Positions 1 through 10,862 are shown, counted from the first letter of the stretch. The stretch is DNA of 64,000 nt from a bacterium (GCA_043803945.1 JAZDJN010000065.1:1-64000); one strand, 5' to 3'. The notes: generated by a model from the sequence alone, not told the origin. Made by a program: numbers and translations.

Positions 1-1
1 G

Positions 2-214
2 GCAAAACACCGTCACGTCCTCCGCCTAGATTTTCTCCCGCCCTATAGCCCTGAATTAAATACAGTTGAGCGGGTGTGGAAATTGACACGCACTCTCTGC
101 ACGCATAATCGATACTTCGAACATTTAGATGATCTTATCGACGCTGTTATCATGCAGTTTCAGGTGTGGAAAAAACCCAATGGTATCCTTCAGCGACTAT
201 GCGCAATCAATTAG
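2..214 (+). mobile_element. IS630-family transposase, C-terminal part (runs off window start); IS end near 225-227
   Basis: Frame from nt 2 reads ...LRLDFLPPYSPELNTVERVWKLTR...LCAIN*, the IS630/Tc1 LPxYSPxLNxxExxW motif. A TA dinucleotide follows at 224-227. Confidence 0.85.
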
Positions 215-1020
215 GACGCCGTGTATAGATTAGGTAAGCTCGGTGTAACCTGGATTCGCACAGAGGTTCCAAGCTTGCTGAATTTGATCGCATTACTCAA
301 CAGGTTCACCAGGATTCGCTCGGTCAATCCAAAGTCCGCGTGCATCTCAACAACCTGCTGGTCGAGCTCAGTGATCAACTGAATATTATTTCGTTTCGCG
401 TACACGGAGACCTGCACCAATGCTGAATCGATAAGTTCCTTCACCACGACCGGCCCTTGATAGAGTTGCATGTTCCCGCTTTCCAGGCGCGCCAAATCGA
501 GCAACGATTGGATAAGCAAGGACATCCGATTACATGAAATGAGACACATCCTTACATACTCGTCCAGATCATCGTGTTCTTTACTTTTGATAAGGTCCCG
601 AATAGCGCTTAGTCCGGAAATGGTAGTGGCAAGTGGACTACGCAAATCGTGAAAGATGAATTGTGCTAATTCTTCTTTCCTTTGTTGAGTGGCGGATAAA
701 TTAGAGAGTGTAAACGAGACGATGAGGAAGAATCCAAATCTGACAAGAGCATTCCAATAAGGAATGAGGGGGTAGCTATAGTAAACAACGCCTAGAATGT
801 CTGCCAACAACCAACTAATGCCCGCCAGCAGGGAAATCATAATGGCAGGACGTTTCCCGACAAACCACGCAACAATTGAAACCGGGGTAAGATAAAAAAT
901 TGAAAAGGAAACTTCCGTGCCTGTCAGATAATCTATTACTCCTAACAGAAGCGTCAGGACGCAGGAACTAGTAAAAAGGAAGAGATGTGATCGACTGCTT
1001 AGATAATGATATATGTTCAT
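211..1020 (-). pseudogene. Membrane sensor histidine kinase truncated in the HATPase domain by the IS630 insertion
   Basis: N-terminal TM sensor, H-box FHDLRSPL and N-box LVNLLSNAIKFS are present. The G1/F/G2 boxes are missing and the ORF ends inside the IS terminus. Confidence 0.75.
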
Positions 1021-1128
1021 GGTGTATTACTCCACGTTTGAGACGTTAGGATCGATAAGGTTCAACAAACATTTTCCAACAGTGTTTCGACGTCAACATT
1101 AAGTACTCACAACTCACAACCATCCGTA

Positions 1129-3135
1129 CTATATCGCAAGGGCTTCTGAAAGAAGCTCAGCCACATCTTTCACTTTCACCCGCTCATTCGCTCCTTTCGA
1201 TTTCAAACCATCTTCCATCATCGTCATACAGAAGGGGCATGCGGTTGCAATCACCCCGGCACCTGTTGCCAGAGCCTCCTCTGTCCGTTCCAAGTTGACA
1301 CGTTTCCCTTCATTCTCTTCCATCCACATTCGTCCGCCGCCGGCCCCGCAGCAGAATCCGCGGTTTCGGGAGCGCTTCATTTCAATCAGCGGCGACACCG
1401 AGGCCATCCTCACCAGGGCCCTCGGTTGATCATAGATCTCGTTATAACGGCCCAGGTAGCATGAGTCGTGGAAGGTGAGTGATTGTACCTGCTGTTTCGT
1501 GATTTTCAATTTCCTTCCATTGATCAATCTTACAAGGAAATCGGAATGGTGCAGTACCGTGTAGTTGCCGCCGAATTGCGGATATTCATTCTTCAACGTG
1601 TTAAAGCAATGCGGACAGGTTGTAACAATCGTTTTCACATTGTAGTTATTCAGAGTGGCGATATTTTCTTTCATCAGGATCTGGGCAAGATATTCATTCC
1701 CCAGGCGGCGAGCAGAATCGCCGGTGCATTTTTCCTCAGTACCCAGAATGGCAAACTTCACTCCGGCTTGCTGCATTAAGCGGGCAAATGATTGTGTGAC
1801 ATTCTTATACCGCGCATCGTATGATCCTGCACATCCCACCCATAACAGCACTTCAGCGTCCGGTGTTTGCGAGGCAACCGGGATATTCATTCCTTCCGCC
1901 CACTCCGCACGGGCTGAGGCCGGAAATGCCCAGGGTGAGCCGTTCGTCTCAAGGTTACGGAATACCACCTGTACTTCAGGCGGGAAATTCGATTCCATCA
2001 ATACGAGGCTTCGACGCATCTCAACAATTGCATCGACATGTTCAATGTTCACGGGACACTCCTGCATGCAGGCCATACAGGTCGTACAAGCAAAGAGCTC
2101 CTCAGGCGTAATGTAATCATGGAGAAGAGTTTTTTCTTTCGGATTCTTCTCTCCTTCTTTCACCGTCGCAACCGCTTTATCCCCATAGATCATGAGCGGT
2201 CCCTTCTCCTCCAACCGCCGGCGAATATCGACAATGATTTTTCTGGGAGAGAGCAGTTTCCCCGTCGTATTGGCAGGGCATGACGCTGTGCAGCGGCCGC
2301 ATTCGGTACAGGTGTAGCCATCCAGAAGCTGTTTCCATGTAAAATCTTCAACATCCGCTGCACCAAATTTCTCGACATTCTCTGCTTCGAGATTAATCGG
2401 ATTCAGAGCACCCCGTGCTTTGAGTCCCGAGAGAAAAACATTGGGAACTGAAGTCAACACATGCAAGTGCTTTGAGTAAGGAAGGTAGTTGAGAAATCCA
2501 AAAACGAGAACAATGTGCATCCACCAGAAGAGTTCAAACCATACTTCGACAGAACTCCGCTCCATTCCATCGAAGAGCGGTATCGCCATAGAAGATAGAA
2601 ACCGGCTGCTCTCCGGGGAATTGAGAATCATCCGTGTGGCATTCTGACCGAGCGTGCTGAGCATGATCAGCAAGATTATAAAGAGAATGGCAGCAGCATC
2701 CATCTTTCCATGGGCATCAACATCCAGACGCTTTGGTTTGATGACTGTTCGTCGAAAGAAAGCATAGAACACGGCGAGAATAACGATCCCGACAAACGAC
2801 TCCTGCAGAACAAGCAGCGGTTCATACAGCGGGCCAAGAAAACGATAGGAAAACGACCCGAAGACTCCTTCGAAAATCGACTCGATGACTGCGGTGAGGA
2901 GCACACAGAAACCCCAGAAGATTCCTGCATGCATCAATCCGGCCGAAGGTTCTCGAAGTATTTTCGATTGCGCCAGGGCGATTTTCATCATCCGCCAGAA
3001 CCGAATGCCGGGGTGATCCAGTCGTCGATCCGGTTTACCGAGCTTGAGATGCCGAATCAGATTTCTCACGCTGTATGCAAAGAATGAGCCTGCCCCGATG
3101 AGGACAAGGAGAAAGAGAATGTTCTTTGTTCCCAT
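1129..3135 (-). CDS. Membrane-anchored Fe-S oxidoreductase (FadF/HdrD-like, CCG domains)
   Basis: TM N-terminus, CTECGRC..C and CTTCMAC..C ferredoxin motifs, two CCG-type domains (CCGAGGG). Confidence 0.85.
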   Translation of the reverse strand: MGTKNILFLLVLIGAGSFFAYSVRNLIRHLKLGKPDRRLDHPGIRFWRMMKIALAQSKILREPSAGLMHAGIFWGFCVLLTAVIESIFEGVFGSFSYRFLGPLYEPLLVLQESFVGIVILAVFYAFFRRTVIKPKRLDVDAHGKMDAAAILFIILLIMLSTLGQNATRMILNSPESSRFLSSMAIPLFDGMERSSVEVWFELFWWMHIVLVFGFLNYLPYSKHLHVLTSVPNVFLSGLKARGALNPINLEAENVEKFGAADVEDFTWKQLLDGYTCTECGRCTASCPANTTGKLLSPRKIIVDIRRRLEEKGPLMIYGDKAVATVKEGEKNPKEKTLLHDYITPEELFACTTCMACMQECPVNIEHVDAIVEMRRSLVLMESNFPPEVQVVFRNLETNGSPWAFPASARAEWAEGMNIPVASQTPDAEVLLWVGCAGSYDARYKNVTQSFARLMQQAGVKFAILGTEEKCTGDSARRLGNEYLAQILMKENIATLNNYNVKTIVTTCPHCFNTLKNEYPQFGGNYTVLHHSDFLVRLINGRKLKITKQQVQSLTFHDSCYLGRYNEIYDQPRALVRMASVSPLIEMKRSRNRGFCCGAGGGRMWMEENEGKRVNLERTEEALATGAGVIATACPFCMTMMEDGLKSKGANERVKVKDVAELLSEALAI

Positions 3136-3154
3136 AGTACTCCGCTGTAGAATA

Positions 3155-4093
3155 TTAATAATGCATTACTGCATCGAAGATCGTAACCGCTTCACCTGCG
3201 ATACTCAAGTATTCAATAGTATTGCCCCGAACTTTTACTCTAATCTTAACTCTCCCCTTTCGGTCAATCTCATCTCCCTGCTCACCAATAAATTCCAACC
3301 GTCTGTCATCGCGAATTGCACAGGGGATTGAGAGCCCCTTTGTGATGGCATACGAATAGAGAATGGCACCGAGCGGCCCGTTGGCAGAACCAGTTACCGG
3401 ATCTTCCAGAATGCCAAATCCGGGAGCGAAGAAGCGCGAGTGAACAGCCGAACTCTCTTCAATCGTCTGCAAGGTGAACACACACAGCCCTTCTTTCCCT
3501 GATTTTTTCAATGATCGCTCAAGCTCCCCGTACTCTGGTTGCAGCCGCTGTACCGTCGAAAGTTTTCGGAGAGGCAGATAAAGATATGAATGAGAGAGAA
3601 AAGGAATCCGCCTATCAACATCATTCCGGCTAAGGCCGAGTGCTTTCAGTATTGGAAGCGGCACTGAAGGCAAAGCCTTGAACTTTGGAATCGGTATCTG
3701 AAATTCGATTTCAGAGCCATTCGCGTGTTTGCGAACATTGAGTGTCAGCACCCCGCTTTTCGTTTGAAGTTTGAAGGAATAATCGCCTGGATGTTTCATC
3801 CCAAACAAACTCTCTTCCGACAATGCATGAAAGCTCGCAATCGTAGCATGACCACAGAGAGCCACTTCGAGGTTTGGCGTGAACCAGCGGATTTGAAGAT
3901 TAGCCGATTTTATCGTCGGCGGCAGAATGAATGCCGTTTCAGAAAGATTCATTTCCCTCGCAATCAATTGCATTGTGTTATCCTGAAGCCCTTTGGCATC
4001 GAGCACAACTCCCGCCGGGTTTCCACTGAACCGTTCGGTGGTGAACGCATTAACCTGCTTGATCTTTAATGGTCTCATCTGTGCTTTACTCAC
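3155..4093 (-). CDS. PhzF-family isomerase
   Basis: AFT..FSGNPAGV, LSETAF, EVALCGHAT and EDPVTGSA motifs. Confidence 0.9.
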   Translation of the reverse strand: MSKAQMRPLKIKQVNAFTTERFSGNPAGVVLDAKGLQDNTMQLIAREMNLSETAFILPPTIKSANLQIRWFTPNLEVALCGHATIASFHALSEESLFGMKHPGDYSFKLQTKSGVLTLNVRKHANGSEIEFQIPIPKFKALPSVPLPILKALGLSRNDVDRRIPFLSHSYLYLPLRKLSTVQRLQPEYGELERSLKKSGKEGLCVFTLQTIEESSAVHSRFFAPGFGILEDPVTGSANGPLGAILYSYAITKGLSIPCAIRDDRRLEFIGEQGDEIDRKGRVKIRVKVRGNTIEYLSIAGEAVTIFDAVMHY

Positions 4094-4509
4094 TTTCCAA
4101 ATAGTTGAATGACTATCTTCCGTTCTCGCGGCCTCGTATCAAAATCGATCAGCACGATCTGCTGCCAGGTACCAAGCAGCAATGCTCCCCGCAAAAAAGG
4201 GATCGTCAGCGAAGGACCGAGCAATGATGCCCGGACATGGGAATGTCCATTCCCATCGTGCCAGGTTTCGTCGTGATGATAGCGGGCAGCCTGGGGTGCA
4301 ATTCGTTCCATTGCTTCCGGGATATCTCTTTTCATACCGGGTTCATATTCCGTTGTTGTAAGAGACGCCGTGGAGCCAACGACAAAGAGAAGGACGCTGC
4401 CTTCACTCAGCGAATGCTGTTTAAGGCAACGGGCTACACGATCCGTGATATCGACTATCTCCGCATTGCCGTGAGTCGAGATCGAAAGATGTTCAGTGAT
4501 TATTTCCAT
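4090..4509 (-). CDS. yjbQ: YjbQ/UPF0047 family protein
   Basis: NGHSH...LLGPS and LGTWQQI..DFD motifs. Confidence 0.85.
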   Translation of the reverse strand: MEIITEHLSISTHGNAEIVDITDRVARCLKQHSLSEGSVLLFVVGSTASLTTTEYEPGMKRDIPEAMERIAPQAARYHHDETWHDGNGHSHVRASLLGPSLTIPFLRGALLLGTWQQIVLIDFDTRPRERKIVIQLFGK

Positions 4510-5363
4510 AGTCGAAGTGCCTGAAGTTCATTGCCATTATTAATAAAGTACACGAATGATTCGTTAACAAAAAATGAATCGGGGGCCGGGTTTGGAACAT
4601 TTCTGCTGAGGACATCTTCAAAGACAATTTTTTTTCTCTCAAGATCCTGGATAATGAACCGATTCTCCAGCGAAGGAACCTGCGGCGACGATTTTGGATC
4701 CCTGGCGAAATAATTGAACAAGAGGTACCCGCGCTCCTGAATGTACTCCGGGTTTCCAGCAATGCCTTTTCCTTTTACTCTTCCTTGTATTATTGACCAT
4801 ACGGCAGGCGGACACTCTGATTCCATGGCCAGCTCCGGAAAACGATATGGGAGCAGGAGTAATTCTTCATTTGCTTTTCGTCGCGCTGCAAGTAATTCGT
4901 CGTCGCTGGATTCGAATGTTTGTTGAATCTCTCCGGTGTGAAGATTGACAGCATAGCCTATTCGCTTTTCAAACAAATCTTTATAAGCGTAGACGATATC
5001 CTGCACCCCGAACCAGTAAGTCAAATCTCTGCGAGCCCAGACTTGCCTGCCGGTCTCAACTTCAAATGCTTGAATCCCATAATGCTGAGGCAAATCTGGT
5101 TTGACGAACCCATGGACCAGGATAATATTTTTCTGCACAGCTTCCAAGCCAAGCCACCATGGCTCATCCAGTTTCAATTCTTCCCAGAGAATTTTACCCG
5201 TCTGTTCATTCAGGCAAAAAAATGAAGTCTCTTTCTGTTCCTGCTTTCGGCACTCGCCGATACATCTTCCCGATTCCGACATCAATAAACGCCAGATCAT
5301 TCCTCCAGATCGATAGATCCAGGCCGGTGAGAGTGATCTTGTAAAAAGAGAAGGGAGTTTCAT
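4500..5363 (-). CDS. Hypothetical beta-propeller-like protein (DUF4905/PQQ-like repeats)
   Basis: Repeated TGxxxW motifs; overlaps the next gene in the operon. Confidence 0.5.
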   Translation of the reverse strand: MKLPSLFTRSLSPAWIYRSGGMIWRLLMSESGRCIGECRKQEQKETSFFCLNEQTGKILWEELKLDEPWWLGLEAVQKNIILVHGFVKPDLPQHYGIQAFEVETGRQVWARRDLTYWFGVQDIVYAYKDLFEKRIGYAVNLHTGEIQQTFESSDDELLAARRKANEELLLLPYRFPELAMESECPPAVWSIIQGRVKGKGIAGNPEYIQERGYLLFNYFARDPKSSPQVPSLENRFIIQDLERKKIVFEDVLSRNVPNPAPDSFFVNESFVYFINNGNELQALRLWK

Positions 5364-5443
5364 AGTGTTAAACAAGTTCTGTTCAATAGAAATTCTCCAG
5401 GGAAGTTTCAGCAGGATGAGGGCAGCTTATCCTTCAACACGAT

Positions 5444-6550
5444 TCAACTCGCTTGTTTCAACTTCATTGCCTCGTCAATCATCGCGAGATAATTTTCGAC
5501 CGGAACATAGCTTGGCACTGAATTGCCGGATCCGATTGCATACCTCCCTCTGCTTCCACATTGTGTAATGAGAGCGGAGGTTTTCTGCCGTACTTCCATG
5601 GCTGGGGCACCGGCAAGGATGTTGAGATCCAGCCCGCCGAGCACAGTAATGGCTAACCCATAGCGTTCCTGAAAATCCTGAACGGGAATTATTTTGTCTT
5701 CGTATGAATGCTTGCCATCGATGTTAACAGTGCCAATGAGGTCATCCATGATCGCAAGGAGGTTTCCACACGAATGAAGGAAAAAGGGCAGTCCTCTTGC
5801 GTGGCTCATCGCACAATACGTCTGCACCCATGGCAGAAAGAGCGTTCTGAGATCGTCCGGGGATATGATCGTCCCGCCATAGTGGCCCATGTCATCCCCG
5901 GGAAACACTGCAATGAGACGATCGAGGCCAAGGATATGTTTATAGAACTGTTGAACCATCTCACCGATCCTGTCGATCACTGCTTTCGCCAGCGCAGGGT
6001 CTTCAACCAGGCTGTAACAGAATCCTTCGAGCGACATAATCCATGTGACGTGCTCAAACACTCCGCCGCCATGTGAACTGACCAATCCCATCCCTTCCGG
6101 CAAATTCGCATTGAGGTATTCAAACGGAAAGAAGTCAAATTCATCCACACGAGGCCAGGGATACCGTTCGAACTCCTCCCAATTTCTGATATAACCATGA
6201 TGTTCATCGGCCCATTGCCGCTGGGTTGTCGCACCGGGAGCAGTATCCAGGGTCAGAAGTTTCGGTTCGAGAAACGGCAAACTTTGTTCAAAGCGAACAA
6301 AGTCATACCCCATCCGATACCAAAACTCAATGAAGTTATCGAGATAGGCCTTTTGAGATTCCCGGTCATTGCCATAGGCAACCCACCGACGCTCGAGCAG
6401 GTTCTCATGAATCGATTTCATCACGAAGTCATCAACGATATATTCAATCAGGGGTGTGTGGCCCTGCTGTTTTCCCATCAATAAATCGATGAAGAGCTGT
6501 GAATCCGGCGTGGGATAGGTCAAGGGAATATGTGGAAAGCTGTTGTTCAT
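5444..6550 (-). CDS. Uroporphyrinogen decarboxylase-family (MtaA/CmuA-like) protein
   Basis: GDDMG, LHSCGN, GGLD and GSGNSVP motifs. Confidence 0.8.
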   Translation of the reverse strand: MNNSFPHIPLTYPTPDSQLFIDLLMGKQQGHTPLIEYIVDDFVMKSIHENLLERRWVAYGNDRESQKAYLDNFIEFWYRMGYDFVRFEQSLPFLEPKLLTLDTAPGATTQRQWADEHHGYIRNWEEFERYPWPRVDEFDFFPFEYLNANLPEGMGLVSSHGGGVFEHVTWIMSLEGFCYSLVEDPALAKAVIDRIGEMVQQFYKHILGLDRLIAVFPGDDMGHYGGTIISPDDLRTLFLPWVQTYCAMSHARGLPFFLHSCGNLLAIMDDLIGTVNIDGKHSYEDKIIPVQDFQERYGLAITVLGGLDLNILAGAPAMEVRQKTSALITQCGSRGRYAIGSGNSVPSYVPVENYLAMIDEAMKLKQAS

Positions 6551-7299
6551 GGTCTGTCGCAATATCCTATATAGAAAAAAGCTTTACCCTGAAACTCATG
6601 GTGATGATCGAAGCAATCAATTTCCCGGCATTGGTAGTGTTTGAGCCCAAAGAGTTCGATAAGCTGCTCCTCGCGTTCGAAGAATTGTGTGTGGTAATTC
6701 TCTGCATAAAGCCGGTACCGCTGTTTCGGCGTCAAGATGAGTATTTTATCTCTCGCGACGCGTTTTAACTCAGAGGCCGCTTGATTAAGATCACGCACAT
6801 GCTCCAGTGTATGGCAGCACGTAATAGAATCGAACGATCGATCCGGGAACGGTAATTTTTCTACAAAACCTTGCCGCCACTGTATGGCCAGAGACTCTTT
6901 CACCGATCGCTCTTCGGCTTGCTTTAATGCAACGGTACTAACATCGAGACCAGTGACCGAATGGCCGTGACGGGCCAGCGTCATGGCAAGCGTGCCAATA
7001 CCGCAACCCGCTTCAAGCACGGCTCCCTTCTCCTGCAGGGCTCTCAGGATGAGCTCTTCATCGGTCTCTTCGACACAATCATTGGAGTGGTGCTGCCAAG
7101 CCAGATCGTACGCTGCCTGCCACTCACTATCCGTGAGAGATTTGAATTTCTTTCTCCAATCCACATCGAACCAGGAGCCATAGTTACGCTGCAGAGTGGC
7201 GCGGGCAAAGAAACGCTGGTTAATCGCGCTGAGCCATTCTCGCAAGCTCTCGGGCAATATCGATTTACACCGGAGATATAGTGTTCTAATAACTGTCAT
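6547..7299 (-). CDS. Class I SAM-dependent methyltransferase
   Basis: VLEAGCGIG motif I; LPFPDRSFD...HTLEH. Confidence 0.85.
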   Translation of the reverse strand: MTVIRTLYLRCKSILPESLREWLSAINQRFFARATLQRNYGSWFDVDWRKKFKSLTDSEWQAAYDLAWQHHSNDCVEETDEELILRALQEKGAVLEAGCGIGTLAMTLARHGHSVTGLDVSTVALKQAEERSVKESLAIQWRQGFVEKLPFPDRSFDSITCCHTLEHVRDLNQAASELKRVARDKILILTPKQRYRLYAENYHTQFFEREEQLIELFGLKHYQCREIDCFDHHHEFQGKAFFYIGYCDRP

Positions 7300-7514
7300 G
7301 AGTAATTGTGAGAAGATACAGAAATCTCAAGGGAAGTCAAAGTTTCAAAAGAAATCACTCCAACAGGAGCGCCACTTCGCCCATACCCTCACCCATTGAT
7401 AGAAGAGGGATTCAAGGGCGAGAGAAGAAAGAACGGAGAGTATAATAATATCTAGTTGAGTATATAAGAAAAAATATTCAGTGGTTATCGGTGTGCCATC
7501 CGTGGTTAGAAAAG

Positions 7515-8666
7515 CTATTGAATCGGAGGGAAAAAGAATTCAAGTGCATCATCGATATGGGCACGCCAATTCCCCCAGCTATGGCCTTCATGAAATTCCA
7601 GGTATTTCACCTCATACCCTTTTTCCTTCACAATCGGGTAAAATGTTCGAACCATCGGAAGCAGGGCAGGGATATCATACGTACCGATATCGAGGTAGAG
7701 TTTGAGATTGAGCCTGGCACTCGTCTGGAAGCCAGAGAAGAGTGGAGGAGCCACATAGCTTGAGTATGCTGCAATGTTGCCAAACTGAGAAGCGTAGTAA
7801 TATCCAAGCCAGAGAGAAATGTTGCCGCCGTTGGAGGCCCCAAGAGTCGCACGATATTTTGGATTCCGTTTCAAACGGTATTTCTGCTCGAGCACTGGGA
7901 AGAGTTCACTGCTAATAAATTTGCAGAACTCAGTTATTTGATTCCCGGCATACTCCGGATTTCGATTGACCGGCGGGACAAATACGGCAATGAGAGGTTG
8001 AATTTTCTTCCTGGCAATCAAATAGTCGAGGACATTCTGTGTCTGCGCAAGCGAAACATATTCCAGTCCATCATGGAACAATGCGACCGGGAAGCTGTCT
8101 GCTACCGATTCATAATGCGGGGGCAAATAGATTTTCACAGTTCTGGAATTCCCCAGGATTACGCTGGTAAAGGTCGTATCTCGTACCTCGCCATGTGGAA
8201 TATCTGGATAGAAAAGAATCTCCGGCGCCGGAAGGTACCGAGGCATACGCAATTCCGAATTGGCTCCGAATCCTCCCGACATCTTATTGGGATTACGCGG
8301 ATCGAGGATCCACTCCTTTCCGCTCACCGCGAATTTGTAATCCAATCTCGCATCCGATTCGAATGACTTTGAATAGTACCAAAGATCCGTCCCCGGCACT
8401 TGAATCATTGGAAACGCATTGCCATTCCAATGGTTGGGATCACCCGGAATAGTGACACTCGTAGCCGGGCCGCGGTAAATGAAATATACGAGAGTATCGT
8501 TTTCGATGATCGGATAGGTTCGAGAAACAGTCAGATAACTTTCCACCAACGCAGGACGTTCACTCTCGTTGACGGCAGTCAGCTTACTTAGAAAAGTTGG
8601 AAACGATTGAGCCGATACAAGCGCGGTCGATGTGACGAGATATAGGAGTATTTTTTTGAGCATCAA
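7515..8666 (-). CDS. Secreted esterase (enterochelin-esterase-like alpha/beta hydrolase with N-terminal Ig/CBM-like domain)
   Basis: Signal peptide, nucleophile motif GASNGG, C-terminal GHSW. Confidence 0.8.
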   Translation of the reverse strand: MMLKKILLYLVTSTALVSAQSFPTFLSKLTAVNESERPALVESYLTVSRTYPIIENDTLVYFIYRGPATSVTIPGDPNHWNGNAFPMIQVPGTDLWYYSKSFESDARLDYKFAVSGKEWILDPRNPNKMSGGFGANSELRMPRYLPAPEILFYPDIPHGEVRDTTFTSVILGNSRTVKIYLPPHYESVADSFPVALFHDGLEYVSLAQTQNVLDYLIARKKIQPLIAVFVPPVNRNPEYAGNQITEFCKFISSELFPVLEQKYRLKRNPKYRATLGASNGGNISLWLGYYYASQFGNIAAYSSYVAPPLFSGFQTSARLNLKLYLDIGTYDIPALLPMVRTFYPIVKEKGYEVKYLEFHEGHSWGNWRAHIDDALEFFFPPIQ

Positions 8667-8798
8667 GGTACCTCATTCTCTGTATCAATAATTCTGCCCC
8701 CATGCATTCTCTCTTCACAGAGCGGCAGTGAAAACGTAAAGAGAATCGGTGAGTGATGCAAGTAATTCATGGCTCGAGATCGATAAGCCCTTACCCCT

Positions 8799-9139
8799 GC
8801 TACTTCACCAGCGAAATCTTTTTCTATCGACAAATGATCCGAGTGCAATTGGTAGATATAGGATCCGGAAGAGAGATTCTGAGTAGCCTTGAATTGTACC
8901 TGATGATGTCCAGCCGCTTGTCATTCATCTACTTAGTAGTCAGGCTTTTCGTTGGAATCGACAATTCTGTCAACTGTCTTTATATTTTCGATAGATCGCT
9001 TCCAAATCCTTGTATTGAGGAGTGTAACCACATTTTGAAGCCACATTGACGACGGAGTGTTTTTACCACTTGATTGGGAAAAAGCGGAAACGGTCATAGG
9101 AATGGAAAAAATTCCAATGATAAGAATGAATCGTACCAT
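8799..9139 (-). pseudogene. Decayed T9SS-secreted protein (signal peptide + degenerate C-terminal sorting domain)
   Basis: After the 68-aa ORF the frame continues VDE*QAAGHHQVQFKATQNLSSGSYIYQL and, after a shift, EKISLVK*, a type A CTD-like tail. Confidence 0.55.
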
Positions 9140-9217
9140 AGCAGCCCTCGACGAGTGATGATGAGATGGATAGTTCGGTTTCCCGTTACAACACTCGTGA
9201 GGGCAGAAATAGTTTCC

Positions 9218-9442
9218 TTAAGGCTGGGGTGTTGATTGTTGGGTTTGTGGATAGCGACTTCCTTCTGGAATAATGAACCAGGCAATCACGTATCCAATGA
9301 ACACTGGAAAGAACCAGGTTACCAGCCACAGTATCACCGTCAAGAGACGGATGACAGTCGGGTCGACATCCAGATACTCGCCAATCCCGCCACAAATTCC
9401 CGCAATTTTCTTATCTGTTACAGATCGATAGAGACGCTTCAT
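9218..9442 (-). CDS. pspC: PspC-domain protein
   Basis: MKRLYRS..DKKIAGICGGIGEYLDVDPT.IR motif; GGAGG RBS upstream. Confidence 0.85.
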   Translation of the reverse strand: MKRLYRSVTDKKIAGICGGIGEYLDVDPTVIRLLTVILWLVTWFFPVFIGYVIAWFIIPEGSRYPQTQQSTPQP

Positions 9443-9485
9443 AGAGTTGCCTCCTTTGAGTAAGTCGTTGTTTTCTGTCTCATCG

Positions 9486-10289
9486 TTAATAGCTCTCCAG
9501 GCGGATTGTTCCCCGATAGCTTTTAAGCAAAACTTCCGGACCTCCTCCGTTAATTTTCTCTGAGTAATGGTAGCCTTTGGAACGTTTGGAAGCTGATCGT
9601 TTTTCCAAAGTAAAGTCCGAACTAAATTCTCCATTTTTTTCGATATCCAAATTAACCTCGAATCCCGAACCTCTTGGAATCTTCACTCCAATCTCTCCCT
9701 TGTACGTATCAAATGAGCAACGATTCCGAACAGCGGCGAGTTTTACGGTTGCCTCACCCTTATAAGTATTCAGGCTCACCGATCCTTCAAGGTTTTCCAG
9801 TCTCACCGTCCCTTTGTAGGTGTTGATATCTACGTCGGATCGTAAACCGACAATTGTATTTTCCGACTTGTAGTCCTTCACCACCAGCTTGGCAGTTCGA
9901 GGCATTGAAATTTTATAATGGACGAATGGCATCGTTCCATCATCGCTTGAGAATAGTCCAAAAAAAGAGCCATGCCTGTTGGTGCGGCGATAATCCGATT
10001 TAATACGCACTGTTGAAGACGATTCATCGATCCGAATCTCTGTGTCTTCAACTCTCTCCCTTGAATACCGATTGTGTCCATCTGCTTCGATTGTCGCGGT
10101 AATGTTAACTTCGTTCTTATCCCACCCGACAACATCGACACTTCCTTTGTATGTATCGATGACAACCTTGCCATCAGGTTTTAACTGAATAGTCTTACTA
10201 ACCTTCCGTGTATCCTGTGCAATAATGATCATTACACTGCCAATAAGCAGAAGGAGCACACACATAAGCCGTACCATAGCACGCATCAA
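9486..10289 (-). CDS. DUF4097-like beta-strand repeat protein
   Basis: Signal peptide; repeated TYKG(T/E) motifs; adjacent to pspC. Confidence 0.7.
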   Translation of the reverse strand: MMRAMVRLMCVLLLLIGSVMIIIAQDTRKVSKTIQLKPDGKVVIDTYKGSVDVVGWDKNEVNITATIEADGHNRYSRERVEDTEIRIDESSSTVRIKSDYRRTNRHGSFFGLFSSDDGTMPFVHYKISMPRTAKLVVKDYKSENTIVGLRSDVDINTYKGTVRLENLEGSVSLNTYKGEATVKLAAVRNRCSFDTYKGEIGVKIPRGSGFEVNLDIEKNGEFSSDFTLEKRSASKRSKGYHYSEKINGGGPEVLLKSYRGTIRLESY

Positions 10290-10407
10290 GCAATCCTCCT
10301 ATTTTTTTTCTTCTCCATCTTTGCCTACGTGAACAATTGATGTGAAGTTTCAGAGAATACGTTTGGAAATCTTATGGTCCGATGTATTCAACTCCGGGAT
10401 GCATCTG

Positions 10408-10836
10408 TTAAAGCTCACTGTGCCTCTTTCGGCTGCTTTTCTTTTCGCTCCTCAATTTCTTGCTTTTCAGTCTGACTTCATTAGAGGCTCGGGTTCGCGA
10501 TGTTTTTAACCTCTTTTTCCTTGGTTTTAGTGCAAGTTGAATCAGTTTGATAAATTTACCGATCACTTCCTGCTTATTCTTCCATTGGCTTCTTGATTCC
10601 GAAGCTGAAAGATGCAGCACCCCATCCTGGTCTATGCGTCCACCGAGACGCAGCATTAGGAGCAGTTGTTGTTCGGGTGATAAACTAGGGGAGAATTGGA
10701 TATCAAAAAGAAGCTCTACTTTTGTTTCGAGCTTGTTGACATTCTGGCCGCCGGGACCGCTGCTGCGCGATGAGCGGAACTTCAACTCCCCAATGGGAAT
10801 TGTGAGGCTGTCGGTGATTTTTAGATACAATTCCAT
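10408..10836 (-). CDS. arfB: Alternative ribosome-rescue peptidyl-tRNA hydrolase
   Basis: RSSGPGGQNVNK, RSQ..N and a basic C-terminal tail. Confidence 0.92.
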   Translation of the reverse strand: MELYLKITDSLTIPIGELKFRSSRSSGPGGQNVNKLETKVELLFDIQFSPSLSPEQQLLLMLRLGGRIDQDGVLHLSASESRSQWKNKQEVIGKFIKLIQLALKPRKKRLKTSRTRASNEVRLKSKKLRSEKKSSRKRHSEL

Positions 10837-10862
10837 AATCGATGAATTGTTATCCACCCTGA

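Noticed and set aside
8920-8926. Selenocysteine or stop-codon readthrough at the in-frame TGA
   Set aside because: An adjacent TAA and a frameshift indicate pseudogene decay.
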